A program made the position numbers and the translations under genes. This document shows positions 49,191-60,887 of a stretch of 64,000 nucleotides of DNA, in pieces. This stretch comes from an uncultured delta proteobacterium (GTDB lineage Bacteria > Desulfobacterota > RBG-13-43-22). Positions within the stretch are counted from its first letter, which is position 1. Each line of letters opens with the position of its first letter. Under the pieces are notes generated by a model that was given only the letters and a program-made list of their open reading frames with translations, was not told the origin of the DNA and did no database searches. The DNA lies in the NCBI GenBank assembly GCA_963802945.1, contig CAWDKY010000027.1, forward strand, positions 96,001 through 160,000, given 5' to 3'.

Positions 49191-52028
49191 TCACCCAGTA
49201 GACGTCCCTGAATTTCCAAGCACCTGTTTTAAAAATCGTCCGGTGTAGGATTTGGGGTTTTCAGCCATGGCCTCAGGGATTCCGACTCCGATAACTTGAC
49301 CCCCCTCATCCCCGCCCTCCGGACCCAGGTCGATGATATAATCAGCGGTCTTGATGACGTCCAGATTGTGTTCGATCACCACCACGCTATTGCCCATATC
49401 CACCAGGCGGTTAAGGACCTCCAATAATTTTTGTATGTCGGAAAAATGCAGGCCGGTAGTGGGTTCGTCAAGAATATAAAGGGTCTTTCCGGTCGATCGT
49501 TTGCTCAATTCCCTGGACAGCTTGATTCGCTGAGCCTCTCCGCCGGAAAGGGTGGTGGCCGGTTGCCCTAATCGGATATAACCCAATCCTACCTGCATTA
49601 AGGTTTCCAGCTTTTCCCGAATGATCGGGATGGCCTCGAAGATCTTCAGGGCCTGATCGACCGTCAGGTCCAGGACCTGGGCGATGTTCATCCCTTTATA
49701 AAGGACTTCCAGGGTGTCCCGATTATAACGGCTGCCCTGACAGACCTCACAGGTGACATAGACATCCGGAAGGAAATGCATTTCTATCTTCATCAGTCCG
49801 TCCCCGTTGCAGGCCGGACAACGCCCTCCGCGGACATTAAAACTGAATCGGCCGGGCTTATAGCCTCGCGACCGGGCCTCCGGCGTCCTGGCAAACAGAT
49901 CCCGGATGGTGGTAAAGAGCCCGGTGTAGGTGGCCGGATTGGACCTGGGGGTACGGCCGATCGGCGATTGATCGATGTTGATGACCTTGTCGATCAACCG
50001 GACCCCTTTCATCTCCTGGACCCGGCCGGCCCGTTGTTTGGAGCGGTAAAGACGCTGGGCCAGGGTCTGATAAAGGGTGTCGATAATGAGAGTGCTTTTC
50101 CCTGAACCGGAGACGCCGGTTACACAGGTGAAGACCCCCAGAGGGATCGAGACATCGATCTGTTTAAGATTGTTTTCCGAGGCCCCTTTGATCTGGATAT
50201 AACCTTTCTTTTGACCACGTCGCCGGGAAGGAACAGGGATGGTCCGCCGGCCTGACAGATATTGTCCGGTCAAGGACTCGGGGTCTTTGAGCAATGCTTC
50301 GGGGGTGCCGCTGAACACCACTTGCCCTCCGTTTTCTCCTGCCCCGGGCCCCATATCAATGACGTAATCGGAAGAAAGGATGGTGTTGGCATCGTGTTCA
50401 ACGACCAAAACCGTGTTGCCGAGATCCCGCAGGGTCTTCAAGGTCTGCAGAAGCCGGAGATTGTCCCGGGGATGAAGCCCGATACTTGGTTCATCCAGGA
50501 CATAAAGGACCCCCATCAAATGGGAACCGATCTGAGTGGCCAGCCGGATGCGCTGTCCTTCACCGCCGGACAAGGTGGCTGAAGTCCGATTGATGGTCAG
50601 GTAATCCAGTCCCACATTGGCCAGAAATACCAGGCGGTCATTGATCTCTTTCAATATCCGACGGCCGATCTGGGCTTGCCTGGTAGTGAGCTTTAAGGTA
50701 TTAAACCAGACCCCGGCCTCCTTCACCGAAAAGGAGGTGACTTCATGAATGGAAAGTCCCTGGATCTTGACGGCCAGGCTTTCCTTTTTTAACCGCGTCC
50801 CCTTACATGTGGGGCAGGGTCGGACGTTCATGAAACGCTCCAGTTCCTCCCGGATCATGGAGGAATCGGTTTCTTTGTAACGCCGGTCCAGATTGGGGAT
50901 GACCCCCTCAAACGGTCGTTCATAAAAATGTTTCCGGCCTTCTTTTTCAAAATAAAAACGAATTGGCTCATTGCCGGAACCGTGCAATAGGACTTCTCTT
51001 ACCTTGGCCGGCAGATCCTTAAAAGGGGTATAGAGGTCAAAATGATAATGGCTGAACAGGGCATCGAGCGTCTGTTGAAAATAAACGGAAGACCGGTTTT
51101 CCCAGGGGACAATGGCCCCTTCACGAAGATTCAGATTGGGATTGGGCACAATCAGGTCGGGATCAAAGTACATTTTAGTCCCCAGACCGTCACAGGTCGG
51201 ACAGGCCCCCTGGGGATTATTAAAGGAAAAGAGCTGGGGAGTCAGCTCAGGCAAACTGATGTCGCAGCGGTCGCAAGAGAAACGTTCGCTGAAGAGGACC
51301 TCCTCCCCGTTCCCCAAAAGGACCCGCAGGAACCCCTGAGAGAGCTTAAGGGCCAGTTCGGCCGAATCGGTCAGGCGGCGCTGCAGTCCTTCTTTGACCA
51401 CCAGGCGGTCCACCACGGCTTCGATGGTGTGCTTCTTTTTCTTGTCCAGGACGATGTCTTCTTCCAGTTCCCGAAATGCGCCGTTAATCCGGGCCCGGAC
51501 AAACCCTTCTCGTTTTAGTTGATCCAGAAGTTTTTGATGCTCCCCTTTGCGGCCGGTGACCAAAGGGGCCAGGAGCTGAATCCTGGTCCCGGCCGGGAAG
51601 GCCATCAACTGGTCGACGATTTCCTGCACCGACTGAGAGGAGATTTTTTGCCCGCACTGCCAGCAATAGGGTTCTCCGATCCGGGCAAAGAGGACCCGGA
51701 GAAAATCGTATATCTCCGTCACCGTCCCCACAGTGGAACGGGGATTTTTACTGGCCGTTTTCTGTTCTATGGAGATGGCCGGGGAGAGCCCTTCGATATA
51801 ATCCACATCGGGCTTGTCCATCTGTTCCAGAAACTGGCGGGCATAAGCCGATAGGGATTCCACATATCGCCGCTGTCCTTCGGCGTAGATGGTGTCGAAG
51901 GCCAGGGTGGATTTCCCGGACCCGGAAAGGCCGGTGATAACCACCAGTTTATCGCGGGGGATGACCACATCAATATTTTTCAGATTATGTTCCCTGGCCC
52001 CTTTGACCAGGATTTCATTTAAAGCCAT
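49191..52028 (-). CDS. uvrA: Excinuclease ABC subunit A
   Basis: Two ABC modules ([21 protein letters not shown]) and Zn fingers. Confidence 0.98.
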   Translation of the reverse strand: MALNEILVKGAREHNLKNIDVVIPRDKLVVITGLSGSGKSTLAFDTIYAEGQRRYVESLSAYARQFLEQMDKPDVDYIEGLSPAISIEQKTASKNPRSTVGTVTEIYDFLRVLFARIGEPYCWQCGQKISSQSVQEIVDQLMAFPAGTRIQLLAPLVTGRKGEHQKLLDQLKREGFVRARINGAFRELEEDIVLDKKKKHTIEAVVDRLVVKEGLQRRLTDSAELALKLSQGFLRVLLGNGEEVLFSERFSCDRCDISLPELTPQLFSFNNPQGACPTCDGLGTKMYFDPDLIVPNPNLNLREGAIVPWENRSSVYFQQTLDALFSHYHFDLYTPFKDLPAKVREVLLHGSGNEPIRFYFEKEGRKHFYERPFEGVIPNLDRRYKETDSSMIREELERFMNVRPCPTCKGTRLKKESLAVKIQGLSIHEVTSFSVKEAGVWFNTLKLTTRQAQIGRRILKEINDRLVFLANVGLDYLTINRTSATLSGGEGQRIRLATQIGSHLMGVLYVLDEPSIGLHPRDNLRLLQTLKTLRDLGNTVLVVEHDANTILSSDYVIDMGPGAGENGGQVVFSGTPEALLKDPESLTGQYLSGRRTIPVPSRRRGQKKGYIQIKGASENNLKQIDVSIPLGVFTCVTGVSGSGKSTLIIDTLYQTLAQRLYRSKQRAGRVQEMKGVRLIDKVINIDQSPIGRTPRSNPATYTGLFTTIRDLFARTPEARSRGYKPGRFSFNVRGGRCPACNGDGLMKIEMHFLPDVYVTCEVCQGSRYNRDTLEVLYKGMNIAQVLDLTVDQALKIFEAIPIIREKLETLMQVGLGYIRLGQPATTLSGGEAQRIKLSRELSKRSTGKTLYILDEPTTGLHFSDIQKLLEVLNRLVDMGNSVVVIEHNLDVIKTADYIIDLGPEGGDEGGQVIGVGIPEAMAENPKSYTGRFLKQVLGNSGTSTG

Positions 52029-52187
52029 ATGTTATTCCAATGTTACTTAAAATTTTTCATAATATAGGAGAAAAGTATCAATTATGAGGGATCAATCATG
52101 CTATTGGTATAAGGTCCACGGTATAAGGTTTTCCTTGAACCTCCTGCCCCTGCTGGCCTGCAGGCGCAGGCCTCAAACCTTGAACCG

Positions 52188-53189
52188 TCATTTATGCCTC
52201 ATCTGGGCAAAGGCGGCGGCCAGAAGAATGGCCTGCGTCAGGCTTTCCGGGTTGGCAAGGCCTTTCCCGGCGATATCAAAGGCCGTTCCGTGGTCCACTG
52301 AAGTACGAATAAAAGGCAGTCCCATGGTGATATTGACGGCCGTATCGAAATGGAGAAGCTTTAAGGGAATGAGCCCCTGATCGTGATACAAGGCCACCAC
52401 TGCATCATAGCGGCCTTGAGCCGCCCAATAAAAAAGGGTATCCGGCGGATAAGGACCGGAGATGCGCATTCCCTGCCCCTGGGCCGCTTGGATGGCCGGG
52501 ACAATGATTGTTTTTTCTTCCGAACCGAAGGCTCCCTGTTCCCCGGCATGGGGATTGAGTCCGGCCACGGCAATATGCGGTTCTTTAATTCCGAACCAGC
52601 GGGTCATGGTTTGATGAGTCAATTCAATGGTAGTGAGAATTTTTTTGATATCCAGTATCCGGAGGGCCTTTTTAAGGGAGAGGTGGATGGTCACCAGACT
52701 GACCTTTAACCGCTGTCCGGCCAGCATCATGCCGAAGGACCGGGTTTTGGACAGGTGGGCCAAATACTCGGTATGGCCGGTGAAGGTAGGACGTAAGTTT
52801 CGGATCATTTCCTTGCTGATGGGACAGGTGACCATAGCCTCCACCTGGCCTTTTAAGGCCGCCTTTGCGGCCAGACGGATATAGTCTAAGGTCGAAGAGC
52901 CCCACTGGGGGTCAGGTCGTCCGGGAACGACCTGATCGACAGGCAAGTTGGAGGCCTCATACAACCAGACCGATTCCTTAAAGTCTTCTGCCCGGCTGAT
53001 TCTTCGAATCGATTTAATATGAAATGATTTTCCCATCCTTCGGGCGGCTGCTTCCAGGACTTGCCGATCCCCGACGATCAGAGACCGGCAGGCTTGTTCG
53101 ATCTGAGGATTGTCCAGGGCCTTGATGAGAATTTCCGGTCCGATTCCGGCCGGATCTCCCATGGTGACGGCAATAAGGGGTTTATTCAT
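52188..53189 (-). CDS. pdxA: 4-hydroxythreonine-4-phosphate dehydrogenase
   Basis: GDPAGIGPE, GHTE, NPHAGE, YHDQG, RTSVDHGTAFDIAG. Confidence 0.95.
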   Translation of the reverse strand: MNKPLIAVTMGDPAGIGPEILIKALDNPQIEQACRSLIVGDRQVLEAAARRMGKSFHIKSIRRISRAEDFKESVWLYEASNLPVDQVVPGRPDPQWGSSTLDYIRLAAKAALKGQVEAMVTCPISKEMIRNLRPTFTGHTEYLAHLSKTRSFGMMLAGQRLKVSLVTIHLSLKKALRILDIKKILTTIELTHQTMTRWFGIKEPHIAVAGLNPHAGEQGAFGSEEKTIIVPAIQAAQGQGMRISGPYPPDTLFYWAAQGRYDAVVALYHDQGLIPLKLLHFDTAVNITMGLPFIRTSVDHGTAFDIAGKGLANPESLTQAILLAAAFAQMRHK

Positions 53190-53722
53190 TTTGGGTTCTT
53201 TGGGTTAAAAAATTGAATTTTTAATTATAATCGGAAAATCCTTTTTTCACAAGTGCAATTTAAAAATCCCTGGAAGTATGATATTATTAAACAGAGGGTA
53301 AGATGGATTGCATTCAATACAGTAATTTGTGAAAATCAGGATTTGGGGGTACAGACATTGTCAAGTGTGATGAGGGCTTCTTCCTGATATCCTCGACTTG
53401 CCATTTTTAAAAAAAGACAAGATTTCAAACGGTAATAGAGATAAATGGGCCCAAAAGTCTTTATGACCCCTCCTTTACCCCTTTTTTCTCCTTGACCGCT
53501 CTTATTTCTCATTTTATACTATTACAACTCAAAACAAAAATCTTATCAAATAAGAGAAGTAATAGAGTAGGGCGAATGGGATCGGATATCGCATGATGAT
53601 ACCGAGGAGATTTGTCCTTACCCTTCCACCATTGAAAATACCATATGGTTTTTTATTAGCTCTTTTTTAATACCTGGGAATAAATGATCCTATAATACAA
53701 TGACAAGAAGGAGGTTGAGAAC

Positions 53723-54370
53723 ATGTTAGTCCGCGACATTATGACGAACAATGTTATTAGTATCCCCAGTGATACCCTGATGTTTGAAGCCGAGAAGATT
53801 ATGGAGTTTCACAAAATCGAACGCCTTCCCGTCGTCGATAAGGGTAAACTGGTGGGGTTGGTGACCAAGGATATCCTTTTGAAGGCCGGCCCTTCGAAAG
53901 CTACCAGCTTTAGCCGCGGGGAAATCTACTATCTCCTGTCTAAGCTGATGGTCAAGGAAATCATGGTAACGGATGTGGTGACAGTCTCCCCTGATACTAC
54001 CGTTGAGCAGGCAGCAACCAAGGCTCAGAAAAACAAAGTGGGTTGTCTGCCGGTCTTGGAAGATAATAAGGTAGTTGGGATAGTAACTACCAATGACTTC
54101 TTTTATAAGATACTGAATCCGCTTTTAGGAATTGGTGAGGGGGGCAAGCGGATAATCGTCCAGGGAGTTGGTGATCCAGAGGGGATGCAAAAGGTGCTCG
54201 AAACCGTGCGGAAAGGTGACATTGAGATAAAGAACTTCTGTTCCCTTTCGTCAAGCGGAGCTGGGAAAAATGATTTTGTTCTTCATCTGAACACCAATGA
54301 TGTTGCCACCGTACTTAAACAACTTAAGGAGATGGGATTCAAGGCAGAAGAAAGGCCACATACGATCTAA
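53723..54370 (+). CDS. CBS-pair plus ACT-like protein (AcuB-like)
   Basis: Two CBS repeats (LPVVD.GKLVG, LPVLED.KVVG). Confidence 0.85.
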   Translation: MLVRDIMTNNVISIPSDTLMFEAEKIMEFHKIERLPVVDKGKLVGLVTKDILLKAGPSKATSFSRGEIYYLLSKLMVKEIMVTDVVTVSPDTTVEQAATKAQKNKVGCLPVLEDNKVVGIVTTNDFFYKILNPLLGIGEGGKRIIVQGVGDPEGMQKVLETVRKGDIEIKNFCSLSSSGAGKNDFVLHLNTNDVATVLKQLKEMGFKAEERPHTI

Positions 54371-54838
54371 GTTTCGGTTACAGGCGAGGAAAGGGGTCAG
54401 ATCTCCGGTTGAATTATTGTCAAGGCTTTCCTTAAGATCGCATATCGCTCTTGCAGCCAACGATTAAATGATTTGATATATGGTTTCTATAGTCTCCCGA
54501 GGACTTCGTCAAAAAGAAAATATGGAAATACTCTCCAAGCCGCCTCATCTGGCCGTGGGGCGGATTAAATATTTCAAATAGTAAATGTTAATTTTCGGAA
54601 CAATCGCTTTAGAAGAGTTATAGGTGTATCGTTGAATTCAGTCCGGTGAGACCATTTTTAAAGAAATTTGAGGGCTTCTTCTGAAAAACCTTATTTCAAA
54701 TAGTCCGGAAATTGTGTATATTAATAATAGTAGTCAATATTAAGGGGTAAAGCAGATAAGGATATTTATTGGAAGATAAAAAAATAGGTTAACTTAATCT
54801 TTTAATTATAAAATAGGTCAAGGGGAAGGCAGGTAATT

Positions 54839-55036
54839 ATGCTCGGTATAAATCAAGATTTGTTGGTTATTTTGATAATAGCCGCTTTTATCTTTGGGGC
54901 CAAAAAATTGCCTGAAATAGGTAAAGGCTTGGGGAAAGGAATCCAGGAGTTTAAAAAGGGTATCTCAGGACAAGAAGAAGAGCCAGCACCTAAACCCAAA
55001 GAAATTGAAAAAGACACGACTGATAAAAATGAATAG
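54839..55036 (+). CDS. tatA: Twin-arginine translocase subunit
   Basis: FGAKKLPEIGKGLGKGIQEFKK. Confidence 0.92.
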   Translation: MLGINQDLLVILIIAAFIFGAKKLPEIGKGLGKGIQEFKKGISGQEEEPAPKPKEIEKDTTDKNE

Positions 55037-55224
55037 GATAAGCATTGATTCAGTTTCTCCAATAGCAATAGGAATTAAATCGATCTGAAGTGCCTAATAC
55101 TCGTTAGGAAAAAGTTATCTAGATTTTGGATAGACTCAAGATTATTATAGGTCTCCGAATACCGAGGTAAAATAACCCTTCAGTCATGGCTAATATAATA
55201 ATAGCATAACGGTGATTTGAAATA

Positions 55225-56031
55225 ATGGATCAAAGAATAATAGGGTGGAAAATAGGGATCAAAATCTTTTTTGTTATTGGAATTTTGTCTATAGGAATCT
55301 CGGCCTTTACCGGTGAACCGGCGCCGATTTCCCAACCTATACCCGGAAAGGGAAAGGTTTTCAATTTCACAGCGACCAAGTTAGGTATTCCATTTCTCAG
55401 GGCTACCATTAAGATTATTGAGGAATCGTCCTTAAAAAAAGATAAGCCTTTGGTTAAGATCCAGGCCATCTTCCAATCGTGTCCTTCCCTTGAATTACTA
55501 TTTCGAATGAACAACCATTTCACCTCAACCCTGGAAAGTGGGACCTACACCCCGGTGACTAACGTGAAAGAGATTGATCAGGGGGGGCTTTTAATTAAAA
55601 AGAAAAACTCTTTTCAGACCTTTACCTTCGATCCCCTTCATCAAAAGGTAGTGGTGGAAAGCAAAGAGAAAAAAGAGAGACAAGAGATAGCTCTTCCGCC
55701 TGATACCTATGATCCATTGTCCATGTTGGCCCGTTTCTATTTAAAAGAGGATTTGATTCCAGGGCAGGATATCACAATGTCTATTTTTGATGGCGAGAGA
55801 TTGAGACAGCTCGTCTTCCATTCCAATAAGGAGAAGATTAAATCGAAAATGTATGGAGAGGTGGAGACTGTTCGGCTAGTATTAAAAACTTTTTTCTCAA
55901 CCTTTCGAAATCAAGAGGGGACGATACGCATCTGGTTTACAACCGATGGAAGTAAGACCCCGATTTTAATCGAAGAGTATCTTCCTGTTGGCAGGATCAG
56001 GTTTGAATTGGAGTCCGTCGAGGGGACCTGA
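55225..56031 (+). CDS. DUF3108-like exported protein
   Basis: Signal-like N-terminus, YDPLS, IWFTTD..KTP. Confidence 0.65.
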   Translation: MDQRIIGWKIGIKIFFVIGILSIGISAFTGEPAPISQPIPGKGKVFNFTATKLGIPFLRATIKIIEESSLKKDKPLVKIQAIFQSCPSLELLFRMNNHFTSTLESGTYTPVTNVKEIDQGGLLIKKKNSFQTFTFDPLHQKVVVESKEKKERQEIALPPDTYDPLSMLARFYLKEDLIPGQDITMSIFDGERLRQLVFHSNKEKIKSKMYGEVETVRLVLKTFFSTFRNQEGTIRIWFTTDGSKTPILIEEYLPVGRIRFELESVEGT

Positions 56032-56219
56032 ATTCGATCGAAGAAAATTGTTCCGCTTCAATCTATCTTTTTCCCGGTAGTCGCTAAGTTGCAGGATTAT
56101 TTTTTTGAAGACTTGAAGATGATCATTGAAATCGGTCTAGGGGGAAATTTTTATTGAATTTGAGGATTACTTCCTGTATTCCTCAAGCTACCATTTTGAA
56201 AAAAAGGGGACATCCTTTT

Positions 56220-57311
56220 TTACAGAAGTTTGGTCCGTATCTCCCGCCGACGATCCCTGGAAATGGTCACAACCACCTCGGTCCCTTTGCCGGGTTCGCT
56301 GTCTACCTCAATTCGGCCTTTATGGTCGGTGATGATCCTTTTAGCCATGGTCAGCCCCAATCCCAAATAATTAAACTTGGTGGTAAAAAAGGGATCGAAA
56401 ATGAGAGGCAGGTTTTCGGCTGGAATTCCTTCCCCATTATCTTTAATTCGAAAAGTCACCTGATCGCCTTTAATTTCTCCGAATAATGCCACTTCCTTCT
56501 GGAAGGAAACGGCCTCCAGAGCGTTTTGGATGATGCACTCCAATGCCCGGACGAGAAGAGCCAGATCTCCATAAAAATGGATCGGCGAGAGAGTCTCCAA
56601 AGAAGGAAACCTGATCTTAAACGGATTGGCCTCTAATAGGGCCTGAAAAGACTTTTGGGTCTCTTTAAAAATCAAAGACAGGGTGAGGGCATCGTAGCGG
56701 GCCAACGGTACTTGGGTGAATTCTGCCAATCGGTCAATGATGTATTCCAGATGCTTGGCCTCGTTTTGAATGATCTCGGTATAACGGGAGTACTCTTCTA
56801 ATGTTCTCTGTTCTTTGGCCAGCCTGAGGGCAAAACCTCCTATCGAGGCAATAGGGTTCCGAATCTGATGGGCGATCTGGTCGGTCATTTTCCCCAAACC
56901 GGCAAAACGCTCTGAATCCAGATAGTCCTTTTCCAACTTTTTCAGTTGGGTGAGGTCTTGGAGGGTAAAAATTATCAGTTCCCGGTTTGAGACCTCTTCC
57001 TTGTATAGGGCAGTGGAAAGATTAATGAAAATGGGATCCCCATTCTTCCGGCCCAAAAGCGCCTCTCCTTCAAAACCAAGGCCGGACCTGGTTATTTTTA
57101 AAATATTGGGGAGAAAGACCCGGATGTCTTCGGGAAAAAAGAGGACCTCTACATTCTGTCCGATTAAAAGTCCCTTAGAATAACCCAATAATTCTTCCGC
57201 CCATTCGTTGATTAAAAGGATTATCCCTTGCTGATCAAGGAGCAGGATGCCGGTCTTGACGATCTCAACCAATCTGTTGAGCAATTTTTGAGTCCAGGGT
57301 ATATACTCCAT
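56220..57311 (-). CDS. PAS-domain sensor histidine kinase
   Basis: PAS; AHQIRNP H-box; NALEA, DNGEGI, FFTTK, GLGL. Confidence 0.92.
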   Translation of the reverse strand: MEYIPWTQKLLNRLVEIVKTGILLLDQQGIILLINEWAEELLGYSKGLLIGQNVEVLFFPEDIRVFLPNILKITRSGLGFEGEALLGRKNGDPIFINLSTALYKEEVSNRELIIFTLQDLTQLKKLEKDYLDSERFAGLGKMTDQIAHQIRNPIASIGGFALRLAKEQRTLEEYSRYTEIIQNEAKHLEYIIDRLAEFTQVPLARYDALTLSLIFKETQKSFQALLEANPFKIRFPSLETLSPIHFYGDLALLVRALECIIQNALEAVSFQKEVALFGEIKGDQVTFRIKDNGEGIPAENLPLIFDPFFTTKFNYLGLGLTMAKRIITDHKGRIEVDSEPGKGTEVVVTISRDRRREIRTKLL

Positions 57312-57363
57312 GGGCTATCTCCTGTGTTTTATCTTTTATCTTGCGCCGAACTCCTATTTCTTG

Positions 57364-57933
57364 TTAAGCCGTCGCCTTCATGGGAAAAGCCTTTAAAAAA
57401 AGGCTGTTTTCTTCCTGGCGTAAAAAATTCAACAGCCATTTCCGCACTTTGGGGTGAGTTATGGGGATGCCCTCCAACTCCTTGCGAATTTCAGAGGAGT
57501 CCAGTCGAAATTCCTCTTCGTTGACTCTGTGGATATAGAGCCAATCCACTGGATTTTCAGCTAGAAGCACAGTCAGAAGGACTGAAGGTATATCGCCCAG
57601 GGGCGCCCGATCGATGTGACTATGACGAAAGGTGGCTTGAACTGTCGTCCCTTTCCCCGGCTTGGAAAAAATTTTCAGATCCCCTTCACAACGGCGGCAG
57701 GCTTCCAAAAACAAAGGAATCCCCAGGCCGATATGACGGGTTTTCCGGGTGGTATAAAAAGGGTCCAGGACTTTGGCCACCTGATCCTCGGACATGCCTC
57801 TCCCATTATCTCTGATTTCGATGAGCAATTGGTCTGCTTTCAAATTCTCATCGATGATGATATCAATCTTGGACGCACCGGCCTCAATTGAATTTTGAAC
57901 GATGTCCAGGAGGTGCAGGGAAAGTTCTAACAA
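57364..57933 (-). CDS. Stand-alone HATPase_c protein
   Basis: LDIVQNS, DNGRGM, GLGIP, HIDRAPLGD. Confidence 0.85.
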   Translation of the reverse strand: MLELSLHLLDIVQNSIEAGASKIDIIIDENLKADQLLIEIRDNGRGMSEDQVAKVLDPFYTTRKTRHIGLGIPLFLEACRRCEGDLKIFSKPGKGTTVQATFRHSHIDRAPLGDIPSVLLTVLLAENPVDWLYIHRVNEEEFRLDSSEIRKELEGIPITHPKVRKWLLNFLRQEENSLFLKAFPMKATA

Positions 57934-57975
57934 GGGATTTCAGATCTCCTTAAAACTGTTTAAACCCTTGGGGGA

Positions 57976-58767
57976 TCATTGATCAGGCCACTTTACCAGG
58001 ACCTGCCTTCCTTCCTGACCCTCGAAAGCCAGGGTCATCTCTTTGATACCCGGATGGGCCATCTTAAACTGGGTCCGATTTTGAATCTCGACCAGCCGAT
58101 GGGCATCTCCATTGACAACGAGGCACCAATTCTTCAATTGGGGCCACTCCAAGAAGTCCTTTGGGGGATTAAAATAAGGAGTAACCTCCAGAGCCTTTAC
58201 GGGAAGGGTTTCGGGGATAAACCCGAGATTGGATAATAAACTGAAGGAAGGCCGGTTCACATGGGCCGGGATAGCCATGCCCCCAAGAGCGGCCACTTGA
58301 TCTACAACCTCCTCCAGGGCCATGTCGGCCGCTTGGGCCAGTAACCGGTCTTCGGTTCGAAGCAATTCCCCGGCGGCATTGACTACATATTGCGGACCGA
58401 ACAATGCCTCTTTGTTGGCCAAGGGGGACAATTTTTGAAAAACCTTTTCCTGCCACTGTTTACACGAATCAACCGTATCGAACAGGCAAAGAATGTGAAC
58501 TTCCTCTCTGGACTGTAGTTCCATCCCCGGCAAAACATGGATGTTGGTCCCGACCGCCGCTTCCATAACCGCTTCCGCATTATAACAGGCATTATGATCG
58601 GTAATCGCGATGAGGTTTAAACCTTGCCTTTCTGCCTGCCACAGGATCAAGGAAGGAATCATCTCAATTTCCGCACACCCCGACAGCACGGTATGAATAT
58701 GGAGATCGGCCTTAAAAAGCTTCAATCCATCCGGATTATGAAGGGAGCTTTCCGGATCCTTATTCAC
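57976..58767 (-). CDS. PHP domain phosphoesterase
   Basis: DLHIH, ITDHN, AHV, DAH. Confidence 0.9.
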   Translation of the reverse strand: MNKDPESSLHNPDGLKLFKADLHIHTVLSGCAEIEMIPSLILWQAERQGLNLIAITDHNACYNAEAVMEAAVGTNIHVLPGMELQSREEVHILCLFDTVDSCKQWQEKVFQKLSPLANKEALFGPQYVVNAAGELLRTEDRLLAQAADMALEEVVDQVAALGGMAIPAHVNRPSFSLLSNLGFIPETLPVKALEVTPYFNPPKDFLEWPQLKNWCLVVNGDAHRLVEIQNRTQFKMAHPGIKEMTLAFEGQEGRQVLVKWPDQ

Positions 58768-59104
58768 CGCTGATCCCCAGAGAAACCAGTTGCCCGATAA
58801 CAGAAAAGGTATTTTTAGGAGTAAGCAGCAAGATCACCTTTTCTTTTTCAGCTTGGGCGATGGTCTCGGGGGCAGGCTGGTTTCCTTCGGTAATGATGAT
58901 ACCGGCCAGATTGAGCAGACTGGCTATCGCTACCACATTGACGTGAGACTGAAGGGTAACCCAGAGAAAGTCTTTTCTCGCCCCACGCATAACACAACTC
59001 AGGAGGTCCGAGGCATATCCTCCCTCCACCGGACGATCCAACAACTCGCCTGAAGTGATCACCTTTAAGTTCAATTGTTCAATAACAGTCTGAAGGTTGA
59101 TCAT
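58760..59104 (-). CDS. DRTGG-domain protein
   Basis: GGYASDLLSCV, WVTLQSH; start MINL. Confidence 0.8.
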   Translation of the reverse strand: MINLQTVIEQLNLKVITSGELLDRPVEGGYASDLLSCVMRGARKDFLWVTLQSHVNVVAIASLLNLAGIIITEGNQPAPETIAQAEKEKVILLLTPKNTFSVIGQLVSLGISGE

Positions 59105-59239
59105 GGTATTTTTTCGGATTTTCCGCTCCTTTTTTTGGTTTTTCAAAATTAAAAAGCCAGGACTTTACCGCTTTTCTTTAAGCTTGGGTTCGATCATTTT
59201 TACTCTCAGAAAAAACCGGCAGGTCTTTTAGGAATACGA

Positions 59240-60139
59240 TTATAGCTTTATCAGAATATCCAATTGGGTCCCATTGTCCGGTTTTGATTCAATGGTAAAG
59301 GAATCAGCGCACTTTTGTATATTGGCCAAACCCATGCCCGCCCCAAAACCCAACTCCTGAATCCAGGCCGGGGCGGTTGAATATCCCGGGGCCATAGCCC
59401 GTTCCACATCGACGATTCCCGGCCCATGATCCGTAACCGTCATATGAATCAAATCAGGCTGAATTTCAGTAACCAATTCTCCACCTTGGTCGGTATGGAT
59501 AATAAGATTCATTTCAGCTTCATAGGCACAAATGGCCACCCGTCGCAATATGGATGGGGGTATCCCCAGTTGCTCAAAAGCCTGTTTGATCTTGCTTGAG
59601 GCACTCCCGCCACTCTTGAAATCTTTCTCTTTGATATGATACCTGAGAATCAGGCTGGTCTGGTCCGAGACAATATATTCCTGATAATTTATCCGGGGTT
59701 CTCGTTTCACCTCGTCATTATGATAATGCAGACTGATGGCCTCCAACAACCCCCTGGTGATATCGCTCCCGGTCAAAATGCCGGTCAAGTCCCCTTGCTC
59801 ATTAATGACCAGAAGTCGACCAACTTGAAATTGAGAGAATTTTTTTATGGCCTCAACGATAGATTCTTTTTCCATAACCGTAATCAACTTCCTGGTCATT
59901 CTTTGACTGACGGGCACGTTAAGCTCACCGGCTTCCAGGGCTTTGATCAGATCCTCCATAGAGGCCACTCCGACCAGATGACCGCTATCCAACACCGGGA
60001 CACCGGATATCCGATTGGTCTTCATAATTTCCTTCAATTCCTTGATAGTAGTACCCGGCGAAACGGTTATGACCTTTTTCCGCATGACGTTTTCGATGGG
60101 CAAATTATAAATAAGTTCTTGTTTTTTTGTGAATTCCAA
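59240..60139 (-). CDS. CBS-pair fused to RsbT/RsbW-like Ser/Thr kinase
   Basis: Two CBS repeats; YEAEMN, DHGPGI, GYST, GFGAGMGL. Confidence 0.85.
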   Translation of the reverse strand: MEFTKKQELIYNLPIENVMRKKVITVSPGTTIKELKEIMKTNRISGVPVLDSGHLVGVASMEDLIKALEAGELNVPVSQRMTRKLITVMEKESIVEAIKKFSQFQVGRLLVINEQGDLTGILTGSDITRGLLEAISLHYHNDEVKREPRINYQEYIVSDQTSLILRYHIKEKDFKSGGSASSKIKQAFEQLGIPPSILRRVAICAYEAEMNLIIHTDQGGELVTEIQPDLIHMTVTDHGPGIVDVERAMAPGYSTAPAWIQELGFGAGMGLANIQKCADSFTIESKPDNGTQLDILIKL

Positions 60140-60222
60140 TGGGAAGTACCCTCATTTAATTGGCTTAAGATGAAAAAAGAGTTATGTCCTCCAAGGCGGT
60201 CTAAATATTTCCTTTAACAAAA

Positions 60223-60579
60223 TCAAAGAGGCGTTAAGGGGACAGAAGCTACGCCCGCTTTATAGAGCATCCCACAGGATTCATACATACTGAAATTCGT
60301 GGTGATTAGAGGGATGCCCAGTTGTTCGGCCAACCGAACAGCCTCCGGGTCGGGGACCTTTCCCCGTACAAAGATAATAGCGGTTACATAGGCCATTTCC
60401 GCTGTTCTTACGGCTTGAAGATTTTTCAATCCGGTGAGAAGCACGGAGCCGGGAATCATATAAGCCAGGGCGTCGCTCATCAAATCCGTCGCCCCGCAAA
60501 ATTTGATCTCTTTTTCCGGAATAGCCTTTTGCGTTACGACGGTCCCTTTCAAAATTTCAATAATTTTTTTTAGTTTCAC
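60223..60579 (-). CDS. DRTGG-domain protein
   Basis: DLMSDAL, LLTGL, RTAEM, VRGK. Confidence 0.82.
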   Translation of the reverse strand: MKLKKIIEILKGTVVTQKAIPEKEIKFCGATDLMSDALAYMIPGSVLLTGLKNLQAVRTAEMAYVTAIIFVRGKVPDPEAVRLAEQLGIPLITTNFSMYESCGMLYKAGVASVPLTPL

Positions 60580-60887
60580 CAGTCTACATCCTTGAATAAT
60601 TTATATTTTTTTAATCATATCAATATACCACACCCCTTCCAAATGATCAAAAGGAAAATCAAATGATTCCTGAAATGAAATAACTTTCATAAATAACCGC
60701 CCCTTCTTTTTACTATAATAATTATTGCTGACATATCCTGCTAAAAATGATATAATAAAACTTAAAAAAGACCTGGGGATGCCGATAAAGAACCCGGGAT
60801 AAATATTTTTCAGGGAACTGCTCCCTGTTTCTAAAATACTTGCTTTGTTTTGCCAATCCAACAGAAACATGATGACAGGAGGTTGGA

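Noticed and set aside
52031-52045. LexA box upstream of uvrA (GTTA-N7-GTTA)
   Set aside because: Weak match, not repeated upstream of dinB
54391-54404. Isolated GGGGTCAGATCT Y1-type end
   Set aside because: Single short motif with no partner end or transposase fragment visible
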